Position numbers and translations under genes: made by a program. Shown one piece after another: positions 63,625 to 64,000 of a DNA stretch of 64,000 bases. Source of the DNA: Malacoraja senta (lineage: Eukaryota); the NCBI GenBank assembly GCA_038087875.1, contig CM075995.1, forward strand, positions 9,984,001 to 10,048,000, given 5' to 3'. Numbering within the stretch: the first letter of the stretch is position 1; each line of letters begins with the position of its first letter. The notes under the pieces were generated by a model. It had not been told where the DNA came from. It did no database searches and worked only from the letters and a program-made list of their open reading frames with translations.

Positions 63625-64000
63625 AGGGGCTGTCCCACTGCGGTAACCTAATCTGCGAGTTTAGAATAGTTTGCCCTCGACTCAAACTCGCAGCATGGTC
63701 GACACGTGGTCCTAGGATGTCCTTTGAGGTCACTGGAACTCTCCTGCATGCTCGAAGGAAGTTCCCGCATACTTGCGGCCTCAGCTAGGTCGCAGAAAAC
63801 GTTTCAACATGTTGAAAATTTTTTCGCCAGTAAAAATTGGTCGGCATGGTTCATTTTAACTCATAGTGCAGTGGAGTGGGGTCGCTATTTAGTTACAGGC
63901 AGTCGAGGGCTGCCGTAGGCAATCTCCTTCGCTGACTGGGCATGTTTGGAGCTCATTGGAGCTTTCAGGACCAAGGAAAACCGACCGGTAGGTTAAATGC
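63625..64000 (+). mobile_element. Probable PIF/Harbinger-type MITE inserted in the Tc1
   Basis: TTA-AGGGGCTGTCCCACTG terminus; shares aacatgttgaaaat with 40690-40958. Confidence 0.55.

Overview
Eukaryotic vertebrate genomic DNA, most likely a cartilaginous fish such as a skate or ray (inferred from HE1/V-SINE-like SINEs and the CR1/Penelope repeat set). Left of a 200-N scaffold gap (21582-21781) are four + strand coding exons of PUF60 (end of RRM1, RRM2, Ala/Pro-rich linker); its 3' UHM exons are not in the window. Right of the gap are about 15 - strand exons of SCRIB (end of PDZ2, PDZ3, PDZ4, much of the C-terminal tail); its last exons are also missing. The genes converge here, whereas in human they are tandem on one strand. 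Introns are packed with CR1 LINEs (one near full-length), Tc1/mariner elements, nested Helitron-like elements, Penelope fragments with hammerhead-ribozyme-like cores, L1/Tx1 3' ends, SINEs and minisatellites. Best leads: an (S-P-G-I-T-G)-type coding repeat expansion between SCRIB PDZ2 and PDZ3; a 23-bp array of AG|GT splice-site units next to a SCRIB donor; a kb-scale inverted CR1 pair around three SCRIB exons; and a candidate stop-containing exon in a repeat-free PUF60 intron. Several single-base SCRIB frameshifts are probably assembly errors. I found no clearly new multi-gene system. All orthologue comparisons are from memory, not database searches.
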